The position numbers were made by a program, and so were the translations under genes. The notes under the pieces were generated by a model. That model saw nothing but the letters and a program-made list of their open reading frames with translations, was not told the origin of the DNA and searched no databases. From NCBI GenBank assembly GCA_038496445.1, contig JALMLS010000507.1, positions 434,001 to 498,000 of the forward strand: a DNA stretch of 64,000 nt, in the 5' to 3' direction. This DNA is from Trichosphaerium sp. ATCC 40318. Its lineage: Eukaryota > Protista > Tubulinea. The stretch's first letter is position 1. Each line of letters opens with the position of its first letter. Positions 14,119-27,728 of the stretch are shown here, one piece after another.

Positions 14119-16061
14119 CTACCAAACTTGTGGATCTCCATCTGAGTCATACTGTACTTCGTCTATATTATTATTTTGCTTAGTCATAGGACTATCTACA
14201 CTATCCAAAGACTCTATCAAGTCTTGATCACCAAATGTTTTACGTAGGTTAAACTTAGTGACTAGTTCTGACGAATCAGATTCTGGAGAATCTTTCTTCT
14301 TCTTCCTATTAGCTTTATCTTTTTGGTCACTACTGACATCTTTGTCTTCGCTATCATTTGAGACATCTTCCATAATATCATCGTTAGATAGTTTGTCGTT
14401 ATTATAACCTTTATCTTGAGAAGGCTTGGGACGAACAGGTGTGAAGTTTGGATCAAAGTCACTTATCCCAGAATCATCGAATGAGTTGTTTTTCAACTTG
14501 GATCCAGCTTCTTTTACCGTTTTTTTCGGTGTTGTTTTCGGCGTCTTTTTCTTGTTCTGTGTACCGTCAACATAGGACTTATTTGAACCATAAGAATCTG
14601 ATAGCATTGGTAAGTCTCCAAGACCTTCATATGTCAAAAAAGGTCCGATATCTGGTGATGCACTCTGTGTTTTTTTTTGCTTTTTCTTCGGAGGTTCATT
14701 TTCTTGTGTCAAATCTAGAACAATCTTCTTTTTCTTTTCAGGCGATATATTTGACACTCTTGGTTCCTTTTTAATATTTATAGTCTTTCTCTTAACTACA
14801 TTACTCGTTGCAGACATAGCCATAGACAAAGACTCCGGTTCTTTCTTAACAGTGATAGAAGGAGCTGCTTTTTGCAACCTCTGTCTGTTAAGTGCTTCTA
14901 AATCATTGTTAGTTTAGTGGTATTCTTAATTACGCTGCACACTTGTACCTTCTAGTTCATTAATCTTTCGTTGATATTGGGATAACGCCTCGCTCATTTG
15001 TGTCTTTTCAGTTTGATGTTTTGTTTTCATTTCAGTAATTAGTTTTTGACTTGATACGCTCATCAAACCAGGTCCTGTTAACTGACCAGAATTAACTAGA
15101 GTGTGTCTGGTGACACGAATGGGTGGCTCTGGCCTCGAACGCTTGTATTTGTTAAAAAATTAACACATGATATCTAAGTGTACCGGAACAAAAGAAGTAG
15201 AGCAACTGTCAGGTACAACAGATACCTCATCTTCTTCATCGATATCCTCAATTATGTCCATCAAGTCAACCTCAGTTTTAGGCTCCAAAAGAATCTGTGG
15301 TTCTTGGGTAGCTTTCTTTGGAGGTTCTGTAGGTCGACGCTTACGTTTTAAAGATGTTTTGGAGCGCTTAGGGGTTGCACGAAGTGATTGTAAACCGCTT
15401 TAAAAAATGACTGTTAACTTGTTGCAATAATCACGTGATGAAGACTGGATGTAGAACGTACCTCATAGGTTTAGCAGGCTTAGGTTTGTTGGTCTTAGGG
15501 CGTTGTTGCTTAGCAACAGTAGCTAAGATTCGTTAAACAAGGTTTTGGAGGGTTTTTTGAAAAAATAATAAAAAGGACGTACGCGGCGTTGAGCGTATAC
15601 GTGGTGGCAGTTTGCGAGGTTCTCTCTTTATTGCAGCTACGTGGAATGCGTGTTGTTGCGATGCAACGTCAGTTGGGTTTGGTTGTGGCCGTTTTGGTTC
15701 GCCTGCCTTTAAATATATTATTACGCGGTGGTCGATGATTTCTGGGTTGTTTGGCCGCTTTACATGTACAAACGGGAGGTTTTGATTGAACATGGCACGT
15801 ACATCCTGTATTTCGTCGTTTAAGAAAGGAGAGCGTAGAAACGTAATCTAGGAGAGGTTAGAGAGCTGATTTAGTAAAATTTCCATGTACAGTCTTTTCA
15901 ACATGACTAAGGTCACGGTTACGACATGAAAACTGTTTGCGGAGGTTTTTCTGCCATTTGTAACCTTTTGAGCCAGATAAACTGCTTTGAATCCTGGAAG
16001 TTTTGTATTTCCTATTGTCATCGAAACGCCTACTATAACAAGTGGCGTATGGGTTGTCCAT
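14119..16061 (-). CDS. Hypothetical low-complexity Lys/Ser/Asp-rich protein with a short coiled coil
   Basis: Long exons can be joined at GT-AG sites; NLS-like PPKKKQKK; no domain recognised. Confidence 0.55.
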
Positions 16062-16179
16062 TACGCCAACATGTAATTTATTACAAAAAAATACGTTAAG
16101 CACGAAGATGTAAGAGAAAAGTCAACAAGTTTAGTTTCTGTTTTTTTTCAACGGTATTTCGTATTGCGCACCTAAACCG

Positions 16180-18637
16180 ATGCGAATTTTGCTCTCACTG
16201 TCTTTGATGGCTTGGCTAGGCGCCATTACCGCGGCTCCACCTAACATTGTTTTCATGTGCGTAGTACAAAATGACACGTGATATGCACTTACTGAAGTTA
16301 ATGTAATTTGATAGGCTCACTGATGATTTGGGATTTAACGCTCCAGGGTACGTCCACGTTTTACCCTTCTAATGGAAACACGCAAGTTAACACTATTAAA
16401 GATATCGAAATCCGGATTTGATAACACCAACTCTCGACAGCTTGGCAGCAGATGGTACGTTCACATGTGATTTGGGTCAAAAAAAATTTAAATTGCCGAA
16501 AAGTGCCAAGAATTTTCCACGACTTTGGTTAACACTTCGTCACGTGACATGTCGTTTGACGTTTACCAGGCCTTAAACTTGATTTTCATTACACGTACAA
16601 GTATTGCGCACCAACACGTGGATCGTTCTTGACAGGAAGGCTTCCTTATCATCTTTCTGCAACACGCACAAATTATATACCTTGGGATTTACCTGACGGT
16701 ACGAATACACTATTAATGCTTGTTTTTAATCCTCTAGGAATCGACTTGTCGTATACGATGTTACCTAAGAAGCTTAAAACAGCTGGTTACACGTCGCATC
16801 ACGTTGGAAAGTGGCATCAAGTACGAATTTGTTGGAAAGTTTTGGCTAACAGGTTTTTGTATAGGGCTTTTACACCGTAGATTATACACCAATTGCAAGA
16901 GGGTTTAATAGTACTTTTGGATTTTTAGAGGGAGGTGAAGATCATTTTACTCAGGTATGCGTGAGATAGCAAGTACAAATGTGATGGTTTTTTGCAGGAA
17001 ACATTCAGATTGGGTAAATTATGCCAAGCCCTTGATCTATGGGAAAACAATGCTCCTGCTTATGGTAAGAATGGTACCTATAACGGATACGCTTTTACGA
17101 AGGTACGCTAAAGATTAACTTGACAACATTGTTTCTCACGTACAACCCAAGCACGCAGTGGATTTGATTAAAAATCATGATAAAAATTCAGGTCCTATGT
17201 TTTTGTACTTTGCGTTGCACAATACGCATGAACCTGTAGAGGTTTGTATTCATGTTCTCATCAGAAGGTTTCTAAGTAGTTATTTAAGGCACCAGAGAGA
17301 TTTACGAACATGTATCATTTTGACCAAAAGTTGAGGAATGTGTTTAACGGAATGGTTTCTGTTGTTGATGAATCAGCAAAGAATGTTACACAGGTTCGTT
17401 TGGTTTTTTTCTGGAAATGCTTTTGTTGTTACAGTGTGTTAGGCTTTGAAAGAAAGTGGTATGTGGGAAAATACTTTGTTCATTTGGACAACAGATAATG
17501 GAACACCTGTTGGAGCCGGTGGATCTAATAAGCCATTAAGAGGTAAGCTAAAAAGTTTACACAAAGACTAATTGTTTGAAAAGGCTCAAAAACAACCAAC
17601 TTTGAAGGTCCGCTGGTTCTTCCTTAAATCTTCGAGTTTCTGACACATGTAACAGGTGGTACTAGAGTCCCTGCATTCGTTAATGGAGGAATTTTGCCGG
17701 CGAAGATGCGTGCCAAACATGTTAATGGTAGGTGATTTTTGACAAGTTTAATCAAGTCCTATCAACCTTGTTTTCATTATAATTTTTAGGTACAATACAT
17801 ATTGCTGACTGGTACGCTACTTTTTGTGAGTTAGCAGGTATCGATCCTGCAGATCCAGGTAAGATTGAAATAGAACAAATGGCAACATGTAAACTTAAAA
17901 ATATTTAGGTACACCTACACCTGTTGAGAGTTTGAGTATGTGGAAATACCTGAGGTACTTGAAACTTCTACGTTGGTTTGGTTAACCCTTTTCTTTTTCT
18001 CAGCGGACAATCAGATGAGTCACCTCGAAAGAAATTTGTTTACGACCATCGCATGTTCACCTCACCATACACTGGTATCAATAACTTGCTTTGTGGACAC
18101 CAACCTAAATACAACCATAGGAGCTATCAGGGATGGTGATTACAAGCTTATTGTAGGTCCAGAGATAGCTGCTTCATGGTACGTTGACTTGTAACAATGC
18201 TCAAGGTTAAGTTGTATTCGTCTTTCTTCTTTTTTCGTTGGTTTTCTCGCCTTTCCTCTGTAAAAGCAACTACGGTTCAACTGTGCCATATAGGTTTGGT
18301 CAATTCACTCCGAACACCACTTTCAATAAAGATAAGTACAAAGTGACTGCGTGCTCTGTTGATAAGCCTTGCTTATTCAATATTGCAAACGATCCAACTG
18401 AACACTTTGATCTTGCAGAACAAATGCCTGAAAAAGTATCTGAAATGATGATAGAATTCAAAGCTCTTGAAAAAGAATATCACCCACCTAAATTGTACGT
18501 TTTAACAAACACGTGACTTTATAGTTGTTGAGTTCTTATTTTTTCTAAACAGGAATCCACCACGTGATACAATAGGATATTGTAACGCAGTCTCAACATA
18601 CCAGGATTTTGTACATCCATGGCAGAAAGGGAAGTAA
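16180..18637 (+). CDS. Arylsulfatase B-like secreted/lysosomal sulfatase
   Basis: Signal peptide, PPNIVF..DDLG, formylglycine motif [41 protein letters not shown]. Confidence 0.93.
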
Positions 18638-18823
18638 AACGAGTTAGTACAGAGGTTTCATAGAAGAATATAATGCAGTTATTCACAATTGTTGTACTTG
18701 CGTCAATACTCTCGAGCTTGCGCTCAGGATATCTGTTACAAGATTCGGCAGCAATGAATGATCCAGGGATCTAGTTCATTAAGTGTCGAGAATGCTAGTT
18801 AAGTTCATAAAAGTAGTCAACGT

Positions 18824-19034
18824 TAGAGGTGGCAGAAATACCAGTGGTGCAGAACTTTTAATTTTGAGGCGTTTTAGACTACTTTTAATCAAAAGAAAGC
18901 TGGTGGTTCAAAAAGAAGCAATAAGCCGAAAGGCCAATAACTGGTGTTCACTGAATGCATACTGGTCTTGTTCTAAATCGCGGACCGGTTACGGACCGAA
19001 AACTGATAAACCGGACCGGTATTTTCCACCTCTA
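18824..19034. mobile_element. Non-autonomous hAT-type MITE (211 bp)
   Basis: Imperfect TIRs (tagaggtggcagaaatacc / ggtattttccacctcta), exact 8-bp TSD gtcaacgt at 18816-18823 and 19035-19042, and three subterminal cggaccg repeats near the right end. Confidence 0.85.
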
Positions 19035-19073
19035 GTCAACGTCTTTATAAATAGCGTAGGTGTTTGGAAACAC

Positions 19074-20680
19074 ATGTCATTGAATAACCTACCCGATGAG
19101 TTGTCTTTAGAGATAATATTTCGTATTGGTTATCCAAAAAGTATACTGTCTTTTGCGACTTGCTCTCAATACTGGTAAAGTGTTTAATCCGCGTCAGAGA
19201 GTCCAAACGCCGAAAATGGCTAATGTTTTTCAAAAGGCACTCACTTTGCGGCGATGACGTTGTTTGGAGGCATTTATGTTGTACTCTATGGCAAGTACTA
19301 GAAAAATCGCCACCTCCGGGCAAGATAGACACTGGTGAAAGCCTAAAAAGCGAAGAACAAAAAAACATTGAAATGGAGACTTGGAATGAGTACTTTAAGC
19401 GTTGTTTCCTATTCAACACGTATTTTGAAGGTCTGTCAGCTCAAACTGGTGGATGGAAGCCGTATCCAAGTGCGTACAAGCCATTTACATTAACATCTGT
19501 GTTAGCTAACTTTATTGTTCTTCTTCTTAGTGGCTACGTACTTTAAGAGGTTAACAAGGCAAGTTGACAATGTTGACAAAGGAATTCCATTCAAAGGTTA
19601 GTTGTAAACCTTACACTTAGCTTCGCAAGATGTCATTTAACCTTGCATCTTGCTTCTGAAGAAAACGTTCATTTACTCACGTGATGTTAGGCTTCTTTTT
19701 TTGGCCTTACTTTAGACGACCTCATAATACTATTGGTATATGTGCTGGTATGACAAACATGGTTGGTGAGTACAATGAACATAAAATCATAAGGTACTGC
19801 AGGAAGAAAACTCATGGTGTTTGAAATCACGTTTGTTCCTAAAACTCGTTTTAAATTGCAATTTAGAGTGACTGAAGTATCGAAAATATGTGGAACAGCG
19901 TTAGGTATTGGTGGTAAATATGTATTGATGCCATTTCTACGATGTAATTGTATTCTTGGTTACTGGGAAGGACGATATTCTGAGGAAAGATACAATTATT
20001 TTTACTTGGTAATGACAGGTACAACTTTACTTGTTACACACTAATGAGACATGGCCTCTAACTCTCTCTTTTTCATTATAGATATTTCATATGATCTTGG
20101 ACCTCTTAGTGTATGTCATATACCTTTTATCAAGGGTGTTACTAATATTTCTTAGTCTATTGTACCTGTTGCTAAAAATATCATGAACCTAAACATACAG
20201 GTACAAACCTCACCTCGTTTCAACTTGATTGTTAACCGAGCTATACAGTATTCTGGAACCGTCTTGTGCACGATATCTGATGCTCCCAAGGCATTACCAA
20301 TGACAGTTACTATCCGTAATGTATCTTCGACAAGATCTGGGAGTATACCACTGCTTGGAAAAGCATCACCACTTATTACTGTCAATGACTTAGGGACAGT
20401 GTCTGTCACTATTAGTGTTGATGGTAAAGAGATGCAGTATGATGGTTCTTTCTTCTCTATGCATGATAAGCTGTGGAATGATCATAAAGTACATCGTTAT
20501 GTTCGTGATACTAAGGATAAGCCTCTAGAGTATGGTATGCTTTTTGAAGAGTCTGATGGTAAGTACTCCATGTTTAGTATAAGAGGTGATTGTATGTTCG
20601 GTAATCTACATGATAATGATAGCTTTTATTTACAACATAAGCGTAACTATCATCAAAAGATTAGAGAGATATATATGTAA
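19074..20680 (+). CDS. F-box protein with an unrecognised C-terminal domain
   Basis: MSLNNLPDELSLEIIFRI...TCSQYW..CGDDVVWRHLC. Multi-exon. Confidence 0.75.
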
Positions 20681-21105
20681 TACAATACAATAATAACTCG
20701 TACTTTCTTTGACGTTGGCTGTACATTGTAATGTCTCATAGGTTTTTCTAAGCAACATTGTATTCAAGCAACCTCAGTTTAAGTAACTGAATCACAAACA
20801 GGACCGCAAGTTTGCTTATCCCACGTGATAATCACTTTTATTGACTGTTTCCGTTTCTAGTCTTCTCCACCACTTTCATTTGTGGTGATTAAGACTATGT
20901 ACACAAACAAACCCTGTAGAGGTAGGTTTATACTTTTCTTCTCCAGTGTTGAACAAAATTTATCTTGAACCTTTTTTGCCTTGTGTCCTGTTGCGTCATT
21001 GACACGGAGTGTTTGTGTACCGTTTTTTAGGAGTTGAGAGAAAGAAACGACTTCCACACTAGACAAGTAGCATATCTTCCTTTCATATCATCATTTCATC
21101 CAACA

Positions 21106-22149
21106 ATGCTAACAAACTGTATTAACGAAGTATCTAGTAATAGCGATATCAACGCTGAGCTATTAGACATACCAAACGAGATACTCGCTCACTTATTCAA
21201 ATGCTTGCGGCGCTATGATCGATTTTCTGTTTCCCAAAGCTGCAACCGACTATATGAAGTTATACATAATCACGTGGGATACAAGAGAATTAATATACCC
21301 GCATATGAAGCAACTTCTCATTGTTCACGTCTTTGTGGCAGTCCATTATTAAAAAATACAAATATAAGCGTCCAGTCACCTTCAGACTCAGATCTTAGTA
21401 TGCTTTCAGGTGTCCTACACCTTACACTTAAGTTTAGAACCAAGAGTATCTTGCTAACAGATGACGGATTGAAGTCTATTTGTGGTGTACATCACTTATC
21501 ATTAAAGAACTGTCACAGTATCACAGACACAGGATTAATGCCGCTAGTGGCACACCTCCAGTCCATCCACTTGTATGGAGTTCCAAATCTGACCTCAGAA
21601 CTTATCAAAACATTTGCTGGGATACCACATATCAGTATACCAAACTCTTCAGCTACCGATGAGGTTTTGGTTGCTTTATCAGGAGTAATTTCATTAGATA
21701 TACAAAAATGTGAGCTCATTACAGATGCAGGTGTTTCAGCTTTAGCTGGCGTTCATACCATAAATTTAAGTGGTACAAAAGTGACTGATAAAGGTGTTTC
21801 AGCTTTGGCTGGTGTACACTCTATCAGTCTTTATGATTGTAAAAGTATCACTGGAGAGTGCATGAACAGCCTTGCGGGTGTACACCACATCAACTTGTCA
21901 AGCACAAATGCAACAGATGATTGGATAAAACCTTTGTCTGGTGTGCACACTATCAATCTTTATGGTTGTAAAGGTATCACAATAGAGAGTATGAAACATC
22001 TTTCAAGTGCACACAGTATCGATTTATCGGAGACAAATGTAACAAATGATTGGATTAAATATCTCTCCTGCGCAAAGATACTACAATTGCGACGCACAGC
22101 AACGACATATGAGTATCTGAAAACACTAGAAGTAGATTTAGCACTATGA
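21106..22149 (+). CDS. F-box + LRR protein, intronless
   Basis: LLDIPNEILAHLF (F-box) followed by about 10 LRRs of type (I/V)TDxGxxxLAGVHTINLS. Confidence 0.85.
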   Translation: MLTNCINEVSSNSDINAELLDIPNEILAHLFKCLRRYDRFSVSQSCNRLYEVIHNHVGYKRINIPAYEATSHCSRLCGSPLLKNTNISVQSPSDSDLSMLSGVLHLTLKFRTKSILLTDDGLKSICGVHHLSLKNCHSITDTGLMPLVAHLQSIHLYGVPNLTSELIKTFAGIPHISIPNSSATDEVLVALSGVISLDIQKCELITDAGVSALAGVHTINLSGTKVTDKGVSALAGVHSISLYDCKSITGECMNSLAGVHHINLSSTNATDDWIKPLSGVHTINLYGCKGITIESMKHLSSAHSIDLSETNVTNDWIKYLSCAKILQLRRTATTYEYLKTLEVDLAL

Positions 22150-22369
22150 ATGAGTATCAAACTGACCATCAAGGCTTTATCATAAAACTAAAAATCCTGA
22201 TGAGTAAACAAGCTATAGGTTACTTTTTTGTTGTTTTAGGGTTTCTTTTCGTTTTTATGTACAAAATCATATACATTAGTTATTAGTTACACTCAAAAAA
22301 AGGTATTGGTTTGAGGGTTTTTTTTTCTTTTTTTTTCTTATTCTGTTTATTTTCGTTCTTTCTTCTCTG

Positions 22370-25300
22370 TTAGGTAGGTGGCTCACCTTCACTACCACCA
22401 CCTACAGCCGCTTTGTATGTTTCTGATGTAGGTAATGATACATCATAAGAGTCTGAACTTCCATTTGATGACGCGTGCAGTGAGCCATTCTCTGATAACA
22501 ACTCGTTATTTAATTTTTTTGGTATTGTTTTTTTTTCATTTTCGCAACTGGAAACCATTGCTAATATTGAGCTTTCTGAAAACTTGGGCCGCTTTGATGG
22601 TGTTTGATCCCAGCATTTAGTAATCAATTCACTCCAACAATCATCAATATCCTATGAATAGGTGTTAATCAACAACATCGAAAAAAAATTTTTTCAACAA
22701 TCTCATCAAGCTGTCACTAGTGCCTCTCTACCACACCAAACCATAATCTAAAATACTGCATCACGTATAATAATATACGTATTGAAGTACTTTGTTAGAT
22801 TTGAATGATCGGTGAGTATTAACATAAGCGTGAGCGTTGTGGCTTCAAACAAATAATTTAAAGAAAAAAAACTGAGCACGTGCATGTGGGAATGTTAACC
22901 GTGATCCTGCTGCGACAGAATTAACCCATTGGTATATTGTATTTCCTTCTGGATATGGAGGTAACCCTGTTACTAATTCATATAATACAACACCATAAGA
23001 AAACCTAATAAAGCGACTACATCAGCACAAACAGCAAACAGCAAAGAAAAGAACAAAAATCAATGGTTAAATCATACACATCAGCTTCTGTTGTGCATTT
23101 TGATCCTTTTATAACTTCAGGAGACATATATGCTGCTGCTCCATGTGTATAGCTATAAGTCTCATCCTCACGGATTATTTTAGATAACCCTAAATGCAAA
23201 GTGTTATTTTTTCAAAGCTACAAAAACGAACTGTGTTCTTACCAAAGTCTGCGACTTTTGCTGTAAATTTTCCATCAAGTAGAATGTTCTTTGAATGTAA
23301 GTCCCTAGCGTGGTAGTATATTAATTGAAAAATGAGCTGAACAGTACAGAATACTACATAATACAACGTACCTGTGAATAATTCGCAAGCCATGCAAGTA
23401 GCTCATACCTACAATAAAATGTCAGAAAACATGTTTTTGGATTTAAAATAAATTGCATGGATGTAAAAGGGTTCAAATGAACTTTGGGCTTTTTTTTCCA
23501 AACAGACAAAAGTTACTAAGAAATTTCGTTTTTCTAGTCACGTGCTCGCTTATATTCTTTTTTTACTTTGTTTATACCTTGTGCTATATCCCTTGCAATA
23601 CGAAATTTTAGTGATGGTGTAACATATTGACTTCTCTTGAAGCTATTGTGTACGAGATCGTATAGACAACCATTTTTCATGTACTCGCATATGATATATT
23701 TACAATTTTTGTTATCTAGAGCAACCCCCAAAAACAATATAACTTTTGGATGTCGTAGTTTACTATCAAATAGTTAATAATAAAAAGTCAAGTACATAAG
23801 CACGTGGAAAGATAAAACATGATCAAAAGTCAAAAAGTCCAAGCAATTACATTTAATAAAATTTGCTGTAAAGGGTGGTACCTTAAAATTTCTATTTCTT
23901 GTTGAAGAATGTCCCATTTATCCTTTTTTACTGTATCTTTCCTTACTAATTTACAAGCAACCTATTAAAAAAATAAGTTCTCATCACGCGCAGTGTCAAT
24001 AAAAGCAGCAAAAAATCAACGCAGTAAGCAAAAAACATCCGACAAAGGCGTTCGATTTATGTACCTCCATGCCGTTCCATGTCGCCAATAAAACCTCGCC
24101 GAAATGTCCCCTCGCCAAGTTACCAACACAAGTCAAATCTGATGCGTTTATGATAGCATATGATACATCCTTTGGTGCTGAAGATGAAGATGACGTTGAC
24201 TCTGATAATTTTTTGTTTGGGTCTATTTCAATTGAAATAGATGATGTTGACTCTGATAACTTTTTCTTTTTGGGTGATCCAATTTTATCAAAAATAAATA
24301 GTCGTACAATACCTTTCCTGGCATTTAAAAATACATATTTAAGCACTAAATAGAAGAAACGTCAACCAAAATAAAAACGACCTAAACGATGTACAGTGTG
24401 CTTTTTTGAAATTGTTCAACAGTTAATTCGTTTCGACTTACCTTTGTTTGATGAAAGCAGAACAAAATCGTCTTCCTCGTCCTTAAACTTTATAAGAATT
24501 CCATTCTTTTCATAAACTTGTTCTATTTTATCTGATAACTCATCAACAGTGATAGCCACAGACACATTAAGTAATATCCTACCATTTTTTAGTAACAATT
24601 CAAAAAACTTTTAAGCACGCGTTGTAACAAAATAACGGTACCTAATGTCTTGATTATCTGAAGGTCCAAAAAAGCACTTTACTTTGACAGTAGTGTCACG
24701 ATCAGAAGAGTTTGTGGCGTCATCTAAAGATGATCCAGAATGCAATCCAGACGAACCTCCAGAATTATTGGCCTTCAAGAAAAAAAAGTTATTAATCAAT
24801 AACCTCGTAGAGTGAGTGTACAATAACACGCAATCTTAGTAAAGAATTTTGATAGACAAAGAAATACTCACGTCTGGAAAGTAGGAACTCGTTAATGGAG
24901 AACTACTTCTCCTGGAAAGAAAAGGAGAAGAATCTGATTGTTGAAAAAGAATACTATCACTTGAATGATTCCCAGATCCATGTGCCTTAAGCTCGCTTAA
25001 AATCATTGCGGCATGAAGCTGAACCATATGATTACTATCTTTCAATAGCTTTATAAGTAAATTCCAACCTTCTAAAGAAAATAGTAATTTAGTAACAAGC
25101 ACTGTGCTGAAAAACTGCTTTTCAAAATAACTTACGTGAATGAAGGTATTTTCGAGATTGCAGGTTTTTAGTCATAAGTGCAAGTGTCCAAGCTACTTCT
25201 TGTTGAACCTCGATATTTGTTGAACTTATAAGGCTATATTTGGGGGTAAGTCACCGTGATGTATGGAAGCTTTCAGAGTTTTTTTGGTAGTTTTTGAATA

Positions 25301-26378
25301 AATTTTCTATTTACCTAATAAGCGGTTTCATGCCTCCTTCTTCGCCGATGATAACTTGGTTTATATCTATATAATTATTTAACATCCATTACAAGCGAAA
25401 AAATACAACAGAGATGAGTGAAGAATTTTCCGATTGAGATTACCATTTTTAGCTAGTATGCACAATGCCAACCCTGTTGCGTCTTTAACAGCGTCGCTTG
25501 TTGATGTAGAAAGCAGTGAAATAAGTACAGGTACTGCTCCAGCTTTAGCAATTTTAATCTGATTAGGTTCTAAAAGCGGTTAGTGTCACACATGAGAAGC
25601 CACAACAACATGCATGTTGATTAAAAAAACAACTTTTCCTTTTTTTAGTACAAATTTCAAGAAAGCGTACCGTAATTATACGCCAGCGTATACAACACCC
25701 AAGCAGCCTTTATATAACCTGATGTTAGTACTTTTTTTTAAAATATTTATTTCGACTTTGTCACGTGATATAGCAATGGTGTATCAACGGTTTCAACGTT
25801 AAAGAAAAGAGAGAATCTTTTTTTCATTTTTTTTTCATTTCACGTGCGTACCTTCTCTTGCGCAATGGCACTGTCCATTTTTAATATTGCGACAAGAAGT
25901 GGTATACCACCTTCAGCTGCTATAAGCTCTTTGTTCTCCTCTATACAAATTACAATCAGGTCGGACGAAGTTCAAAGTACGGCGTTGAAACAAGTTTAAC
26001 TCCCATTTTGAGCGTTTAAACGTAAGTTCTATATAAAAGACCGTGCGTATACTCTATTTCTAGTACATTTTGCGCAAAGTCAAGACTTTTTGGCAAAAGA
26101 AAAAATAGAAGTAATTAAAAATAACTTAAACGATGTTTTCCGGGCGTAAATATCAATATCCGGGTGCATTAGAGTAAAAAAAATCTAAACTAACGTGCCT
26201 GTCTGTGCTAATTTTCTAATTGCATCACAAGCTGCTTCCTGTACTTCTAGATAGCGATCATCATCCTCCCCTCGCAAAAGATGCACCATATAACTGTTTT
26301 TACAGTCATACCCAAATAAAACAATTCATAAGATACGTACCGCACAGAGCGATAATTGACGTTATTAGTTTCTGCCAT
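22370..26378 (-). CDS. ARM-repeat + PB1 + TKL protein kinase
   Basis: ARM repeats (NKELIAAEGGIPLLV), PB1 (VKVKC...IKFKDEEDDFV), kinase motifs ARGHFGEV, HRDLHSKN, DFG, YMSPE; GC donor at 26198. Confidence 0.85.
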
Positions 26379-26714
26379 AAAAACACCACCAGTACAAGTC
26401 GTAAAATACGGTTTGTATTTAGTATTTTATCGCTAGCGGCGAGCCACTTTTGGCTGTTATCATACCATCGAGCGATTTATGTTGCCCTTGAAGTGTACCT
26501 TTGCAGTTTCTGGCCTTTTGCAGTACATTAAGCAGAAGCAGCTTAACGTTTGATCTTTACAACGTCCAGTCTTCTACGAATCCAAGGCAATGCGCGAGGG
26601 AGAAAAGGTACGCGAAGAGCGGTTAAATGGTAGCTACAAAAAACCAACTTACAAAACGTACAGCGTTAAAGTCGCCTCCTCTTTGCTCGTTGAAACGGTG
26701 TTGCGTACGGCAAT

Positions 26715-27728
26715 ATGAAGAAAAGCCATTCCAAGCAGAAATGTCCAATTCCATTAAATAAACCGCAATCGCTCTCTGATGACGTATCTAATCTCTCAGC
26801 AACGCAACTAGACCAAGTCAACCATTTGCGATTGCCTCTGGGCGAATCAACTGATGAACTGGATGCAACACAGATAGACTGTTTAGCTACGCCAAAACCG
26901 AGCTTATTACTACAATCTGGAACACAAATGGACTTTTTAACGCAGAGTGATGGTTTGCTTGGTGGAGCTACTCAACTAGACTTTATTACGACTCAAATAG
27001 ACAGCCTAAACGAGTCTGGTGCTGTATTGGGCGCGACACAGTTGGATGTGGCTGGCGCAACTCAAATAGACCTTAAACTATCAGCAACACAGCTTGACGT
27101 GTCTACAGACACGCCAGGGATGATGGCAACACAATTAGATGTCCAGGATTCAGATAACGTGGCAACAAAGTTAACGCAGCCAGATTCGGACTCAGAAGAA
27201 GTAACTGTTGTCAATACACTCGGTAGACTTGTTTCTTTACAACCTGACATAGATGACATCATCCTGGAGCAAGTTTCGCGTGAGCTGGTAGTAGGCAGAA
27301 GCCGTACTGCTGATATCACTCTTTCCATACCACAAATTAGTGGAAAACATTGTAACATTATTACCAAGATAGCTGATGGTAAAGCAACAGCTTTTATACA
27401 AGATGTAAGCTTTAATGGGACGTATCTGAATGGAAAGAAGATAAATGGATGTATAAAATTAAGGGGTGGAGATGAGATATCTCTTGTTTGTCCTAGAACT
27501 ACAGGTGCAAACCTTCCTTCTGTTGCTTTCCGTTACGAGCGAACATTTCGGCAAAGGTCGGGTCTTGGGCTTAGCAGGGAACTTTCAAACGAGGCAGTGA
27601 AGCCAAAGGCAGCAAAACCAAAGAAAGTGAAGCCCAAGGTAGTGAAGCGCAAAGCAAGTAACACACTTCAGGTTCCTAAAAAGAAGAAGATGAAGATGAC
27701 TAAAAAACAAAAAGAAAACAAAGACTGA
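26715..27728 (+). CDS. TQxD-cluster + FHA domain protein with basic tail, intronless
   Basis: 11 T-Q-x-D motifs; FHA motifs VGR, ISGKHC, SFNGTYLNG. Confidence 0.85.
   Translation: MKKSHSKQKCPIPLNKPQSLSDDVSNLSATQLDQVNHLRLPLGESTDELDATQIDCLATPKPSLLLQSGTQMDFLTQSDGLLGGATQLDFITTQIDSLNESGAVLGATQLDVAGATQIDLKLSATQLDVSTDTPGMMATQLDVQDSDNVATKLTQPDSDSEEVTVVNTLGRLVSLQPDIDDIILEQVSRELVVGRSRTADITLSIPQISGKHCNIITKIADGKATAFIQDVSFNGTYLNGKKINGCIKLRGGDEISLVCPRTTGANLPSVAFRYERTFRQRSGLGLSRELSNEAVKPKAAKPKKVKPKVVKRKASNTLQVPKKKKMKMTKKQKENKD

Noticed and set aside
20858-21020. Hairpin (tagtctt..caccac/gtggtg..aagacta) and a 10-bp inverted repeat upstream of the LRR gene
   Set aside because: No TSD and not shared with the second LRR copy; could be chance.
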